From Camelus ferus (Eukaryota), in the NCBI RefSeq assembly GCF_009834535.1, contig NC_045697.1:59956001-60020000 (forward strand): 64,000 bases of DNA, given 5' to 3'. This document shows positions 41,050-55,189 of the stretch, one piece after another. The notes beneath the pieces are model-generated. The model was given only the letters and a program-made list of their open reading frames with translations, did not search any database and was not told the DNA's origin. The position numbers and the translations under genes are program-made. How positions within the stretch are numbered: the first letter of the stretch is position 1; each line of letters starts with the position of its first letter.

Positions 41050-42930
41050 TAGTTGGTTCTGTCATATATATAAAGTAAGAATTAAATAATGCTTGTGATA
41101 AGATATGTGAACTTGAAAATATAGCAATAGAAAGTATCCAAACTGAGGCTCAATGGAAAAAATAAACTAAAATATGAGAAAATGAAAGATCCTGTTTCAT
41201 AGGGGAAAAATTAAGCGGCAAATGGAGCAATTTTGTAATTACTAGAAGACCTAGAAGGGGGAAAAAAGGGAATGCAGAAAAGAGCAACAAAAACAACTTA
41301 AATAATGGCTTAGTTTTATAAAATCAATAAATTAAAAATCCAGGAGGCTCATTGAAACAGAAATAGGACAAATGGCGAGGCACAACATATTTAATAACCA
41401 ATGATAGAAATAGTCCTAAAGCAATTAGAGATTTATACCTTCCTGGAGATAGAAGATAAGAAATTCCACAGACTTCCCAGAAACAATGTAAGACAAGAAA
41501 ACAGAATTGTATCTTTAAAGAGCAGAAACACACATGTAAATAAAAAAGACAAGTTACCTCTAATTCTATATCCAGCAATCTTAAAAATAGGGTAAAATAA
41601 AACTATTTTAAGAATAAAAAACCTAAAAAAATTAAAGTAGTTGTGGAGGTCAGCCCCACCCCTTCCTCTTTCCTTCTCAGAAGACAGCGGGAGCAGCTTG
41701 TACAGCAATGGCCGAGATTAAGGCTCCAGACCTTTGCTGCAAGGAGGAGCTGCTGGAACAACTGGAGGACCTGAAGGTGGAGCTGTCCCAGTTGTGAGTC
41801 GCTAAAGTGGCAGGTGGCGCGGTTTCCAGGATCTCCAAGATCCAAGTTATTTCCAAATCCAGTGCTCCTGTTCTCATGTTTTCACCATCACTAACCAGAC
41901 TCAGAAAGAGAACATCAGGAAATTCTCTAAGGGCAATAAGTATATGCCCCCGGATCTGTGGCCCATGAAAAACTGGTGCCATGCAACCCTGGCTCAATGA
42001 GCAGGAAGAGAACTTGAAGACCAAGAAGCAGCAACGGAAGAAGCGGCTGTACCCACTGTGGCAGTACACGATCCAGGCCTGAGCATCCAGACATTAATAA
42101 AACAAACTGGCAGGAAAACAAATTCATCAGCCAACTTGCACTGTTAGAAATAATAAACATAGTTCTTCAAGTGAATAGAAAATGATACAAGTGGAAAATT
42201 AAATATACATAAAGGAACAGAGAGTACTAAATAAGGTGAATATATGGGAAAAGATATTTTTGTAATGTCTACTATTTTTAAATGGTAGCTGATTATTCAA
42301 AGAAAAATTAAAACAATGTTATGTGATTTGTGATATAGGTAGAAGTGGCAACACAGGACAGGAGGGGAAAATTGAAGTATACGGATTACAGCAATATTAA
42401 AATGTACTTTAAGTTAAAAATGCATCTTGCAGATCCCTAGAAGAAAATCACTATAAAATGAAGAGAGATATGGATAATAAGTAGCTCTAAAATAGAATGC
42501 TAAAATTACTCAGTTAATCCAACTGAAGTTAGGAAAAGAAAAAAAAGAACAAAGACTAGCTGGTACAAGTAGAAAACAGAGTAAGATGGTAGATTTTAAT
42601 CTAAAACTAGAGACAATTAAATTTAAATGATCTAAATACTCCAAACAAAAAGGAGATTGTAAAATTGAATAAAAAACACGACCTAGCAACATGCTGTCCA
42701 GAGGAAACATATTAAATATAAATACATAGCTAGGTAATAAGTAAAAAGATGAAATAGTTTAAGATATTAAAAATAATCTTAGAAGATTGGAGGGTCTATA
42801 TTAGTATTAGACCATATATTCTTCAGGATAAAACACTTTTCTAAATAGGGACATTTATGATTATAAAAATGACAACTCATCACTAAGACAAAATGTACTT
42901 AAAATATGTATACTTCTTAAGAGTTTTAGT
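41050..42930 (+). mobile_element. Old L1M ORF1/EN relic hosting the RPL35 retrocopy
   Basis: A-rich, with gcaatagaaagtatccaaactga, taattctatatccagcaa, aagatggtagattttaatc. Confidence 0.65.
41662..42112 (+). pseudogene. RPL35: Processed pseudogene of 60S ribosomal protein L35
   Basis: 5'TOP cttcctctttcc. ATG at 41708: MAEIKAPDL...[32 protein letters not shown]...NQTQKENIRKFSKGNKY...[27 protein letters not shown] (TGA 42080-42082). Intronless, with internal stop and indels; AATAAA at 42096. Confidence 0.95.
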
Positions 42931-42940
42931 ATGTGTAAAC

Positions 42941-43436
42941 TATAGGGGTGGAAAAAGTTTTCCCTCTTCCTTTTTAGATCCTTTGGCTTTTCTAATAATT
43001 AAATTGATATAGACAGATTAACAGGTGAAAGACAAATTTAATTTTATGTAAGTGGGAGCAGATAAAAATGTGAGACTCCGTTAACTAACCAAAGCAAGCA
43101 GCTTTCATACCTTTTAGCTAAGGACACAATACATTTGTGAGGAACTTAAAAAAACAGAGGGGTTTGGGCTTGGAGTAGTAAATTAGTGAGAAAGTAACAG
43201 GTTTGTTTTTGCAGCCTTCTCAGCCTTAAATTCCCTATCTTTTGCTGTAAGGATGCCTTCTACCCTCCTGCTTTAGGGAGGGTTGTTTCATATTGGAGAT
43301 TTATTTCTTATTTTTAGGGGAATAAAAGAGGATCAGAGAGTCTTTTTTGCATGGCTGTTTCTTAGTAACTTTAATTCAAAATAATCAATATGCCAAAGTG
43401 GCGTATTTGGGGGTAGCATATTCTGCTCTCCTTTGA
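42941..43436 (-). mobile_element. MER34/MER39-like ERV1 solo LTR
   Basis: End aataatcaatatgccaaagtggcgtatttgggggtagcatattctg is the reverse complement of the same 5' motif seen at ~9100. Confidence 0.75.
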
Positions 43437-44129
43437 GATCAATAACTGAAAGAACTGAAAAGAGACATAGACATTTGTGTAAAATTTTTGAAAGGATTCG
43501 TGTTTCTAAAATATTTTTTCCATTGGACCCAGATGTAAGAAACTTAACAGTTGGCACCTTTGGAGAGACAGCTTAGAGATTTTGGAATCAGAGAGTAAGA
43601 AGGAATGTTTTTGCTCTTCATTCCTCTCTGTATTGTTTCATTTTTATAAACCATGTGCCTGTGTTATTTTTGTATGTATTTTTTAAGGTAAAATTAAGGA
43701 AGTCTACTCAAAAACTAAAAAAAAAAATATGTTTTTCTATGGGGTTTCTTAGATTTAATGCTATAATTTATTTGAAATATACCTCAGAAAAAGGTTATTT
43801 TTTTCCCCAAGTTGTTGATTGTTTTCAACACCATTTGTTCTAAATCCTGTCATTGATTTGTAATGCTTCTTTTTGTTTCATTCTGTTTTATACCCATAGT
43901 AAGGTTGGTTTAGAGTTATTAATTAAGGGCCATTGATGCTGCCTGGTTCTTGAGCCAGTACCATGCTGTACAGTTGCTGCAGTTTTAAAGTACATTTTAA
44001 TATACACTGAAATAATAAAAAGTGGCCAAATTTCTAAAAAATCATATTGTAGAAAAACTGAAATAGAAATAGGACAGTTATATGTTACAGTACATATCAT
44101 ATATATACACACACTTATACATACATATA

Positions 44130-44450
44130 CATGTGCTATACAGAAATCATTTTTGAGTGAAAAAAAACAAGCACAAAGAGATTTACTATTATTGTATAAT
44201 TCTATTTATATGCAATTCTAGAACAGAAAAATATTAATGTGACAAAAAGACAAATAGATGCCTAGGATAAGTCAGGTAAAAGTATCTCTAAGGGAGCATA
44301 AGGGAATTTTTGTTGGGTGATGAATATATTCTGTATCTTAATTATAACAGTGTAACATGAGTATGTACATTTGACAAAACATATCAGATTATAAACTTAA
44401 AATGTTTTCATTTTACTGTCAGTTGTACCCAAATAAAATTGATATCATTT
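44130..44450 (+). mobile_element. L1ME-like 3' end
   Basis: aattctatttatatgcaattctagaacag...gggtgatgaatatattctgtatctt...acttaaaatg. Confidence 0.65.
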
Positions 44451-46019
44451 AGCAATTGTCCCATATCTTTAAGAAATTTGGTACTATTTATAAAGGTGTA
44501 ATGTCACTTTCAAGGGCTATGATCAATTGCAAAAATCTCTTAAGAAAAATTGTATATTTATTGCGCATGTTAGTGTCAGTGTAAATTGAATTTTTATAAT
44601 TCTAGAGGATGTAGTGTAGATGTGTTCTTTCTTGCCCACTAATAGATACTTTTAGTTTCCACTGGAAATATAGGACCCTCAGGAGACTATTTCAGTAGCT
44701 TCTCAGGAAAGCATCCTACAGTAAAACAGTGCTTATTGCTGTTCTAGGTAGAAGTACAGTTACAGCATCACAATAGCAGTTCCTCCAATCCAGTCAAGTC
44801 GCTATCCCTTCTGAAGTTGCTGTCCATTGCTTCATACTCCAGTGACTTGCTCTCATTTATTAATCAAGTTCTTTCTGAATCTGCTTCTTTACCTATGATT
44901 CTCCACTACTCTTTTCTTGTTGTACTAAGGGCATCTTCTACATTTGCTTATACCTTTTGTTGTCTATGTCTCACTTGTAAAATATTCCCAATACATGATA
45001 TGATTTTTTAAAATTATTATTTAATCTGCTTATTATTGTTAATTCATTATATATTTATATTTCATTCCATAGATTATGTCTTAGTGTTAAAAACTGTCTT
45101 TATGATTTATGTGTATGACAATATATTCATGATTTTATGTATATGAAATATAATAGATATAAAAATGTCTATCTCTGCAATGAGTAAGTTGATAAGACAG
45201 TATAACCTGTTGGTGTAAACTCTCTATTTTTATGTAATAAACATGTTTGATAGATATACAAAAGAGTAGAAAGAATAAAGTAATACTGAATGTTTTGTGG
45301 AAGACTTTCAATTACAATGTCTTATATTTTCAACTAGAATAGAATGTCCAGCTTGGAAGGAAAGAAAATCTTTTCCAAAATATCTTTTAAAGGGATTTCT
45401 ATTTATATTAGATATACAATATTGCAGAAGCAAATTGTGCTGTTCCTCCCACCTTTGCAATTTTATTTCAATATAAATTATTTTTCATTAGAATGTCTCA
45501 TCTTTCTGGCCAGTTTCCATCAGCTCTTGTGAATTCTGATGATTCATAAGTTCCCTCTAATCCATGGAGTGAACATAAAAAGAAATTAAACATCAGAAGC
45601 AGGCTAAACCCAACATAAAGGCAATATCACTTTTGTTTAAGTAATAATTTATTACCACTCTTTATTTCAAAGTACTTTTAAAAACTGACTTGGTGAACAA
45701 GCCGTAATTTTTATAAAGAAGGTAAACATTGCTCTACTTTTAACAGAAATGGAAACTAAGGCTGAGAGTTTGAATCTTCAAAAAAAGAAAAATAACACCT
45801 GATTCTTACTATCAGTTTTGGTTCATTATATGGCATAAGAATTCAATCCCTTTCTTAATACTCTATTCACAATCTGTATAACCTCTTTATAGTCAGTGGT
45901 ACTGGTTGTATTAACAGACATCTCAAAGCTTGTATTTTTTCTGATACGATCCACAGAATTTTGTACAAGTGGTAGACCTGCAGATAAATACATTGTCTTT
46001 GATTCATGTTATGCCAATT

Positions 46020-46900
46020 AAATTCAACAAACATTTATCGAATCATAATATGTGTCAGATACCATGGGAAGTGCTAGAAATGAAAAGATAAATATGGAAT
46101 ATGATTTGTTCTCAAGGGCACACAGTCAAGGGATGAAGATAGTGATGTAAGTAAATCATTGAAATAAAATGTGATGGGAGTATTTTCAAAATAGAACATT
46201 GACACAAATTACAAGTCATCAACTTGAATACAGAAGGTATATTTTCAAGAAGAGATGTTTTATATGAAACATAAAATAGGAGGAGTTTTAATTTTTTTTC
46301 CCCCAGATGGGGGCCGAGCAAGACTGGGAGATTGGTGAGGAAAGAACAGTATTTCAGGAGGCAGAACAGCGTGTGCCAAACTAGAAATATATTAGACAGC
46401 TAAAGAAACTGCAGAGTTTTGGTCTTGATTGAAACACAGACTTAATTTGTGTAGCAGTAGCAAATTAGGCGAAGGAGAAATTTTGGAGTATATCTTATGA
46501 TATTCTAATAAGCCCTCAAGCAGTGGTCTTTTACTAAAAGAACAAACAGGAGTAACATTCCTGTATTTCTGTTTCGGCTCAATCTTGTTGAAGATGGGAT
46601 AATAGATTATAAGACTATGGATAAAGACATGAGTGGAGCTTAATGGTTCAGGTGGGAAATGGTGAAATTCTGACTTAAGTCATCAGTAGTTTAAAGGGGC
46701 TGACATTTAGAGATACTAACATAGTAAAATCATAGCATTTAGTGACCCATGAGATGTGGCAGGAGAAGGGATGGAGGTTTAGGGTCTCTTGTAATTACGG
46801 GTTAAGTAAAATAAATGGTTTATTCAAATGGAACTATAAGAAGATGAGTGAGTTGAGGAGAAAGATGAGTTTCATTTTGGAATGTGTTGATTTGGAATCT
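46020..46900 (-). mobile_element. L2 LINE relic
   Basis: attcaacaaacatttatcgaatc...tgtgtcagatacc, caggaggcagaacagcgtgtgccaaa, gatgagtttcattttggaatgtgttga. Confidence 0.7.
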
Positions 46901-49900
46901 ATACATTAACAAGCATTTTGATAATGAGCAATTAGTGTTTGCTGTGCATTTGTAGATGAAATGCTTGAAGAGTTTACTGAATCTGGATGTTCTAGAATAC
47001 TAGCCTCATGTTTCGTTTGTATGAAAATGTTACATTTAAACTAAGTAAATTATTTTTAGTTTACCTTATTAGTGCTGCTAAATGTAGGTATTTAGATTAT
47101 ACTGACCCTACCGAGCAAGACTTTTGTCTATTGTTTTTGTTATTTAATGTTTCTTTTTGATATATTTAAAGAAAACAAAAGCTTAGTGGAAGAAAATCGT
47201 GTTTGTTTTCAACAATTTTGAAATCATTTGGAGTTACATTTTCTCAGGTTGAATTTGAAATGGAAAGTAAAATTTAAAAAGATTGATGCAAGGGAGAAAA
47301 AGAAACAGTTTGTTTCCACTAAAGTCATAAATACTAGTTACTGAAGTTTGATATTGGAACTATCTCACCTTGTTCTCAACAGGCAATACATTGCATCCTG
47401 TGAATGCAGAAAAGTGCTGCTTGCATTAGATTAAAATTTGACATTGAAAGGCTTTACCTGTACACTTATCGCTGAAGTTACTATTTTAAAAAGAAAAACT
47501 AAAGAAAAAAATTGCCTGTATCTAATATGGCTATGCTCCCATTGACCATAATATTAACACCTCATTGAGCTGACAACGTTTAGGAAAGGCCAAGTTCACT
47601 TCATTGCTACGGTTATTCATCTGGATATGAGTTTCATTAAAATCATTATCAGTGAATTTTATTTATATAAATCATTAAAAAGTATGCTTTCTCCTCCTGT
47701 ACAATGTAACTTCCCTGACCTACCAACACAGTGCAGGCAAACAGTAACAACCTTCTCTTGACCTCACATCTGGAGGGTAAGTACAAATCTGTTTTCCTCC
47801 TAGATTCTTTTAAGAAATGAAAGCCTAGTAGTAGTTTGTCCACAATCCTCAAAACGTTTAATTTTCCTTATGATGCATTGTTTTGGGTAATTACTCTACC
47901 AATAAATAAAAATCACTCATTTGGTCTAATAAATAATTTTAAATCTATGGATGGTATTTTATATTACTAGAAAGTTGTGTCTGAGTAAATGAAACTAGGA
48001 GTATGAAGAGTGCCTGGTGGTATCATCCCAGTACTATGATTGGGACTGAGTTCCTTTAGGATTGAGATCTGGTTAAGACTCCATTTTGATAAGCCCAGGA
48101 CAGCTCAGTCATTGTAGGCCACTTAACACTCCCAGCTGAGATTCCTTTGCATTGATAGGCTTCTTTCTCCACAGCCATCTCTGAGGTAACATTCATTCTT
48201 CCAAGTTGAGTTAATCTCAAGTGATTCCTTTTATTGGTTTGCTTTAATACATTGACCTACCATAAAAATATTGTAAGTTGAACTGACATGTCTTTCATTT
48301 TTGAAAAATCTACTGTTTCTTCTTGACAAGCAAAACCTGTTACTATTCAGAAAACACCACATTCCTCAGGTGACATTATATAATGACACCTCTACAGCAC
48401 TATTACTGATCTCTGAGTAAGGACACAAACCCATTCTTGCTTTGACCAGAATATATATAAACACACCTTTTAAAGTATATTCTTGTTTTTAAAAGCCAAA
48501 GTAAATCAACCTACACCCATGTCACTATGTGGTCAATATATATTTTTTTCTTTTCCCTCTGTAAAGAGGCCTACAGTTTCTCAATAAATCAGCAAGTAAA
48601 TCCATAGCCTGAAATTGAATTCATGACTTGCCTTAGATTTCTTTTTCTAACAATCACTCACACATTGTCCAAGCTATCCGATCTCCTATTTAACAAAAGC
48701 ACAACCAAGCAAACAAAGGGATTTAGAAATCCAACAGGGAAAAAATAAGTCCATTAGAGCTGAAAAGAGATCATCATTTTTTACCTGCCATGAGAATTTT
48801 CAAAATAGCGGGGGAAAAAGTCGAAGTTCTGAGATAGTCTCTAGTGGTGACTGGTGTCCCTATGGCCATAAGGCAGTGTTTGCAGCCAAACATAAATGTC
48901 AGTAAATAGAATAAGTGAAAGATATATTTCTTTTCATAGAAAAACAATGAAATGGGGCAAATTGTAAATACCATCACCTTCCAATTATCTTTCTACATGT
49001 TTACAGAAATGTATACCTCGGTACTTACTCTCTATTTTCACATAAATAAAAATCTTTAGAAGCATCATTTGTTTTCACTAATACTTTACAGAAATTCAGT
49101 GAGGTGAGCATATCTCCCTCCGTTCTTCCTCTGTTTATATATTTATCTTTCTTGAATTGAGCAATCAATCCCCAGAAAGAAGGAACATCTTCTCAATTAG
49201 GAAAGTTCACAAATACATAAACACTAAAGAATAATTTTGATGTTTATAGAAAAGCTTTACAAATAAATGAATTGTTTAAGAAAGAATATAAGTGATTGTG
49301 TTAGTTTCATGCCATCAAACAAGGTCATTAATAGCTTTGAAATATTTATAATCCAAAACAAGCCCTTATCAATTAGGAAAGATTAACTTGTACCACCATC
49401 TTTCTGAATATGAAATCTAATAAGACAGTTAAGATGGACAGGAGAAAACTGAATACAATTGCAAGTGTTCTGTATTTAGTATGGATACAGATACAGATGT
49501 TTAATCTTGGAAAAAAATACTTAGATCAAGGTGAAGTTAAGAAAAACTTTTGACTTGTGAGTCTCTGAGTAGGAATTTATGTGAGGTTATACTTGGTGCA
49601 ATTTAGAAAAGGTTCGTCTGTGACCAATATGGTAAATTCTAGTCACACTGGAAAAGGATCGGCCAAAAAGATCCAGAGTGCATGATATCTGCAAAGTAGA
49701 GTGATCACAAAATTTGTTATTGAGGGAAGGTTGTCTCATAAAGCAGACCAAAGAGAAAAATGTTAGGGATATAAATCCAAATACTGTCAACAATTAAATG
49801 ATATTTGGAAGCTCTAGTTAACTAGTTCTGGTGTTTAAAAAGAGTTGAACAGTTTAAGCATAGTGGAAGCCAACAATTCTGATAAATTATGAAGACTGAC

Positions 49901-51521
49901 CTTAGTTTCTGCTTAGCACTACAGAAGTTGCTTTTATGTGGTAGAACTGGATCACATTATGATAAAGAATCTAACTTCAGTCTCATAGTCTATTACTGTT
50001 TTTATTACATCATTTAGGCACGAAGCATAAATTTCTGTGACTCAGATCTTCATATTAATTTTATAGAGTGACTTGAGTGGCAGACGTAAAGATTTTGAGC
50101 TAGAACAGTATGGATATTTTGTTTTCATTTTAGGTTGTTGTTAGTGGAAAGTGGGCCAGGCAAGGGTTACCACTTCAAGTTTTTCATTTTTAATACCCAA
50201 TTATTTGAGATCTTTTCCTTTAAAAAAAATTCTCATCCAAAAAGTCGAATAGCTTTCATTTATTCATTCCTTGATAGTTTCCCTTCATGCTCAGAAAAGA
50301 ATGAACAGGAAGCTTGTCTCTTTTGACCAGCATGGTAGGGGTAGTATTCAGTGAGAACTACTGAAGGAAAAGAAAACTAAACAAAATGAACTTTATCAAA
50401 GAAATTAGAACCAAGAAAGCTAACAGAGCCTCGGCCCAGAGAACGTCCTCTATAAGTGACAACAATAAAGACTTTAATATATTTAGGGAAATAAAGTTTT
50501 ACTTCTGTTTAGTGGGTTTGTATTTGAAAACTTTAAACTCTCTTATTTAGCAACTAAGCTCAGATTAACAGCACATAAACATCAAATGGTACAATTGAGA
50601 CAGCGCTTTTATAGACATTGTGCAATTTGATCCTTAAAAATACTTCTTTTGATAGATCAAATGAAGAAAGTGTACTCTGAGAGATGATTCAATATGGTTA
50701 GGCATTTCAGGGCTTTTTGTCTTATACCACATTTCAAAAACATTAAATTTTCAGACAGAAAATCCAAGGGGGAGGAAACTTCTAAAAACCAAACAAGAAA
50801 ATACACAAATGATTTTCTTTGGGTTTTTTTTGTAGTTCTAAGCATACAATGTTCAGTAAATGTCAGTGACAATGATTTCTAATGTATAGTTAACTAATAG
50901 GAAGTTAACTTTTTTCATGCAGATATTACCACTTACTTGTGGCTCCTTTTTTTTTAATAGAGGGCAATTTTTTTCTGTTGACTCCATATTTTCCTTTATT
51001 TGGTAATGTCATGGAAATTAAAAACCTGTGCTAATTTTAGCTTTCTCAGCATAAGAATATATGACTCAGTGTTAAATAGCTTATGGAAGGGAACAGCAAT
51101 GAACCACTACAGTGACACAAAAGTTGTTCTCATGTGCTAATCTATTAAATACTCTGCAGAAGGGTAACACACACTGCAGACACAATTAAAATTTGCAAAA
51201 TAAGAATCCTTACTAAGCGAGACAACAGGTTCGCAAAAGTATTAATAAACAATTAATAAAACATTCTACAGAAAATAAAGCCTGGTCTTTCGATTTTCTG
51301 GTCTTAATTTAAATTCCAGAAATCAGGGCAAGATCACCAAACTAAGCTGATGTAATGAAAAGTCATTTTGCAAAGTTCGTATTGAGACTAACGAATATTA
51401 CTTCTTAAACCTAAGACAGTATACTCTACAGAGAAATTAATTTTCAAGAAAAAGTGACACTGCTATTTATAGCATGCAGACATAAATGTAGGGGTCTATA
51501 GAAAAATAGCAGAAGGAACTA

Positions 51522-51700
51522 CAGTGGACCTTAAACAACTGGGAGTTTAGGGGGCTGACCCTCACATTCCAAAATATACCTTTAATTTTATATTTGGTCT
51601 TTCATATTTGTGGTTCTGCAACGCAGAATTCAAGCAGAAGTACTTTAGTATGTGTATGAAAAAAATCCATGCATAAGTGGACCCACACAGTTCACAATTG
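51522..51700. mobile_element. Tigger2-family MITE fragment
   Basis: TA|cagtggaccttaaacaac...gtttagggggctgaccc and aaaatccatgcataagtggacccacacagttca. Confidence 0.7.
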
Positions 51701-51899
51701 TTTAGAGAATCCCTTTTTGCCTCATATCAATAGTCATTCCTTATGCTTGTGTTTTTTGTTTCTTTGTTTTTTTCCAGGAGAAACTTAGTATTGGTTATTT
51801 GGTAAAATGTGCAAATTTCTGTGAAATATTTTATTTGCTCCCTTAAACTGCAACTGTATCTCCACATGCTAAACACTGAAATTTTCATAAAATATGTAT

Positions 51900-52260
51900 A
51901 GCTGAAATACAGGGAGGGAGGTGGATGTTATAATATGTCAGCACAGTAGGAATCCTTGTGGTGATGAAACTGTTCAGTTCTCTGACTGTGGTGATAATAC
52001 ATTAACACACAAGGTAAAATAATATACAGCTAAAAACATGTAAGCATACACATGCAGATGAGTACCTATAAAGTTTAGAAATATGAATAAGATCAATATA
52101 TTGTGTCAAAGTCAGTTTCCCACTTCTGATAATATTCTGTAATTCTGCAAAAATACTATTGTGGGAAACTTAATGGGATGTACATGAAATCTCTTTGTAT
52201 TATTTCTTATAAGTACATGTGACTCGACAGTTATCTAATAACTTCTTTAAAAATTATTAA
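51900..52260 (+). mobile_element. L1MC/MD-like 3' end
   Basis: gaatccttgtggtgatgaaactgttc...tgactgtggtg, atctctttgtattatttcttataa. Confidence 0.7.
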
Positions 52261-52309
52261 ATAGATAAATGGAGCACATTTTGTTATTAGCATGTCAAAC
52301 AACAATGTA

Positions 52310-52831
52310 ATTCTTTTCATATATTTTTTTCAGATTACTTTCCATTATAGGTTATCGCAAGATACTGGATATAGTTCCCTGTGCTATACAGTAAATTCTT
52401 GTTGCTTATCTATTTTATGTATGATAGTTTGTATCTATTAATTGCATACTCCCAGTTTATCCCACTCCTTTCTCCCTTTCCCTTTTGGTAACCATAAGTT
52501 TGTTTTCTATGTCTGTGAGTCTGTTTCTGTTTTTGTATATAGATTGTATTATTATTTAGATTACACATGTAAGTGTTATCATACAATATTTGCTTTTATC
52601 TGACTTACTTCATTTAGTATTTCATCTGGGTTCATCCATGTTGCTGCAAATGGAAATAGTTCATTCTTTTTTTAAAACCATTTTTATTTAAGTACAGTTA
52701 ATTTATAATGTGTTAGTTTCAGGTGTACAACAAAATGATTCCATTTTATAAATATAAATATATATATAAATATAAATATACACACACACACATATATATG
52801 TGTGTGTGTGTTATTTTTCTGATTCTTTTCC

Positions 52832-52869
<38 letters not shown>

Positions 52870-53230
52870 GATGACCAACAGGTACATGAAAAGATGCTTA
52901 ACATCTCTAATCAGGGAAATGCAAATCAAAACCACAATTGAAATATTAAGTGACACCTCTTAAAATGGTTATCATCAAGATGGCAATAGATAACAAATGT
53001 TAGCAAGGATGTGGAGAAAAGGGAACCTTTGTGCTCTGTTGATGAGAATGGAAACTAGAACAGGCATTATTGAAAACAGTATAGAGTTTCAAAATTAAAA
53101 ATCAACTACTGTATAATCTAGCTATCCCACTTCTTGATACATATCCAAAGGAAATGAAATCACTATTTCAAAGAGATACTGCACCCTGTTTCTTGCAGCT
53201 TTCACAAGAGTAAAGATATGAAAACAACTT
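52310..53230. mobile_element. Cluster of artiodactyl-type L1 3' fragments in mixed orientation, with TA/CA microsatellites
   Basis: Minus-strand 3'UTR at 52310-52672, minus-strand extreme 3' end at 52681-52840, plus-strand ORF2 C-terminal segment at 52868-53230 (aacaggtacatgaaaagatgc, agggaaatgcaaatcaaaaccacaa). Confidence 0.8.
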
Positions 53231-55189
53231 ATACCTAAATTTTTAAAAAAATATTCTTTGAGTACAAAATGTCCATAAATATGCTGTACATGTTCTATAG
53301 TTTATTTTATCATGAATTTTATTTGCCAAAGATGGACTTACAAAGTAGAGTTTACCTCTATGAAGAGGTAATATCTGAACAACAATAAAATGAAGAATGA
53401 TTAACTAAAGATAAAAACAAACATTACTTCTTTTGACTAAATTTAAAAAATAGAATATATATACACACACATATACATACTTTTAAAAAAGGTTAAATGA
53501 TTAGTGTATTTGATAAAGACAGAAACAACACATCAAATAAACACCAAATTGAAAATAAACACAGATAAAGAGGAAATTAAGGGAATCGTAAGTTCCTCCA
53601 CAAAAACAAATTTAGAAATATGGAACAAATGGACTATTTTGTAAGAAAATGAAATTTGCTGATTTCAAAATAGTTGGAATACTTACGTAATTATGATAAG
53701 CTATAGCATGAAAATTATCCAAGAACTACCCATCAAAAATGTGTCAGTTCAGTTCAAACAAATATTAGGGGAAAAAAGATCATTTGAATTTTATTAACAA
53801 TATTCCAGAGGAAAAAAATAATTCCAATTCCACTAACAATATTCCAGAGAATATAAAAGAGGATGTTTATGGTACAAGAATAACTATGATTCACAAATAC
53901 AAGTAAAAACAAGAACAGTTTTATATTCAAAGATCAGTGCAAATATCCTAAATATAATATGAACACTTCAAATCTAGTAGCACATTAGTGAATAATATAT
54001 TAATGCGCCATGGCTGATAGTAGGATAAATCAGTACCAGCAGAAGGGAAGTTATTAAAAAAATTCTATTCATTGTTATAGAGCCTTCCTATCCTTTTATT
54101 ATTGTATTTGAATTGAAAGTATTTTCAGTGTTAAAAAGATGTTCAGACTGTTCCAGTATCTCCTTAGAATTGAAGGAGGTCAAAAAAATTTGTTGAGAAC
54201 TAAGTAGCCTGTCTCTCAGCTGTTAGTTTTGCTAATGTAAAATGTTGAGATTATTAGAAAAAAGAAAAAGCAGAAATAATCATTTTCTTCCTGATAGTAA
54301 AAATAAAATCTGGAATTATAAATAATAATTTTGAAAATGACCAAAGCCCTTACCATGCTGATTCCAAATATATAAAGAAATATTATAAATTTAAAAATAA
54401 AATTTTTAATGAGTCTTAAAAATTTTAATTAGATGAATCACAACTAATTCTGTCTCCCTTTGAATAAATGTAGATTGTACATTAATTATTATTTGTAATG
54501 GATAAGATTACAGTCCTAATTTTTTTCAGGAAAATTCTGACAATAAATATGTTTTTGAGTTTAAAATTTGTCTTCTTCAGATTTTGATCAGATATACAGT
54601 CTAAATTTTTCAATTGGATATAGCACTAGAGCAGATTTACAAAGCAATGTTTAAAAGTTCTTGTTTTGGAAATGAGAGAATAAATGTATACTTTTCTGCT
54701 TATGATTTTCCATATTTACTCACAGAACAAGTCAACAAATTATGGGCCACTAGGCATTTTATCACGCTTTGGACAAAAAAATGTATAAAGAGAGCTGAAG
54801 AATATTACTGACACATAGCAGTCTCAGCTGTGAAAAATCTAAAAAGAGGTGTAAACTATGAAGATATCTGCAGCTTCTGAAGTGTACTGTTAAGATGCTG
54901 TGACAGAGATGTTGATAACAGGGTCAGTCTGTCTGGCACATCTTCTGGGGGGTCAGCAGAGAGCCTGTGATGTCCACATGAGGTGAGAAAAACATTGGCC
55001 TCCTGTATTGTATTCAGTTTGGTTTTTAAAACAGTTTTATCACAGTATCACCAGTGAACTAAACATCAAAGGGTGCAATGGAGTGAAAAGTAACAGTTTT
55101 GTGGATCTCAGATAACAGTCCAACAGTGAAGTATTTTCCTTTATAACTCAGTAATGCTGAGCTGAATAAGTAGAATAAATACAAAATTC

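Noticed and set aside
41677..42069. 130-aa minus-strand ORF
   Set aside because: Antisense shadow of the RPL35 pseudogene.
49400..49810. Possible CR1/L3 RT relic or coding exon
   Set aside because: Similarity too faint to support without an alignment.
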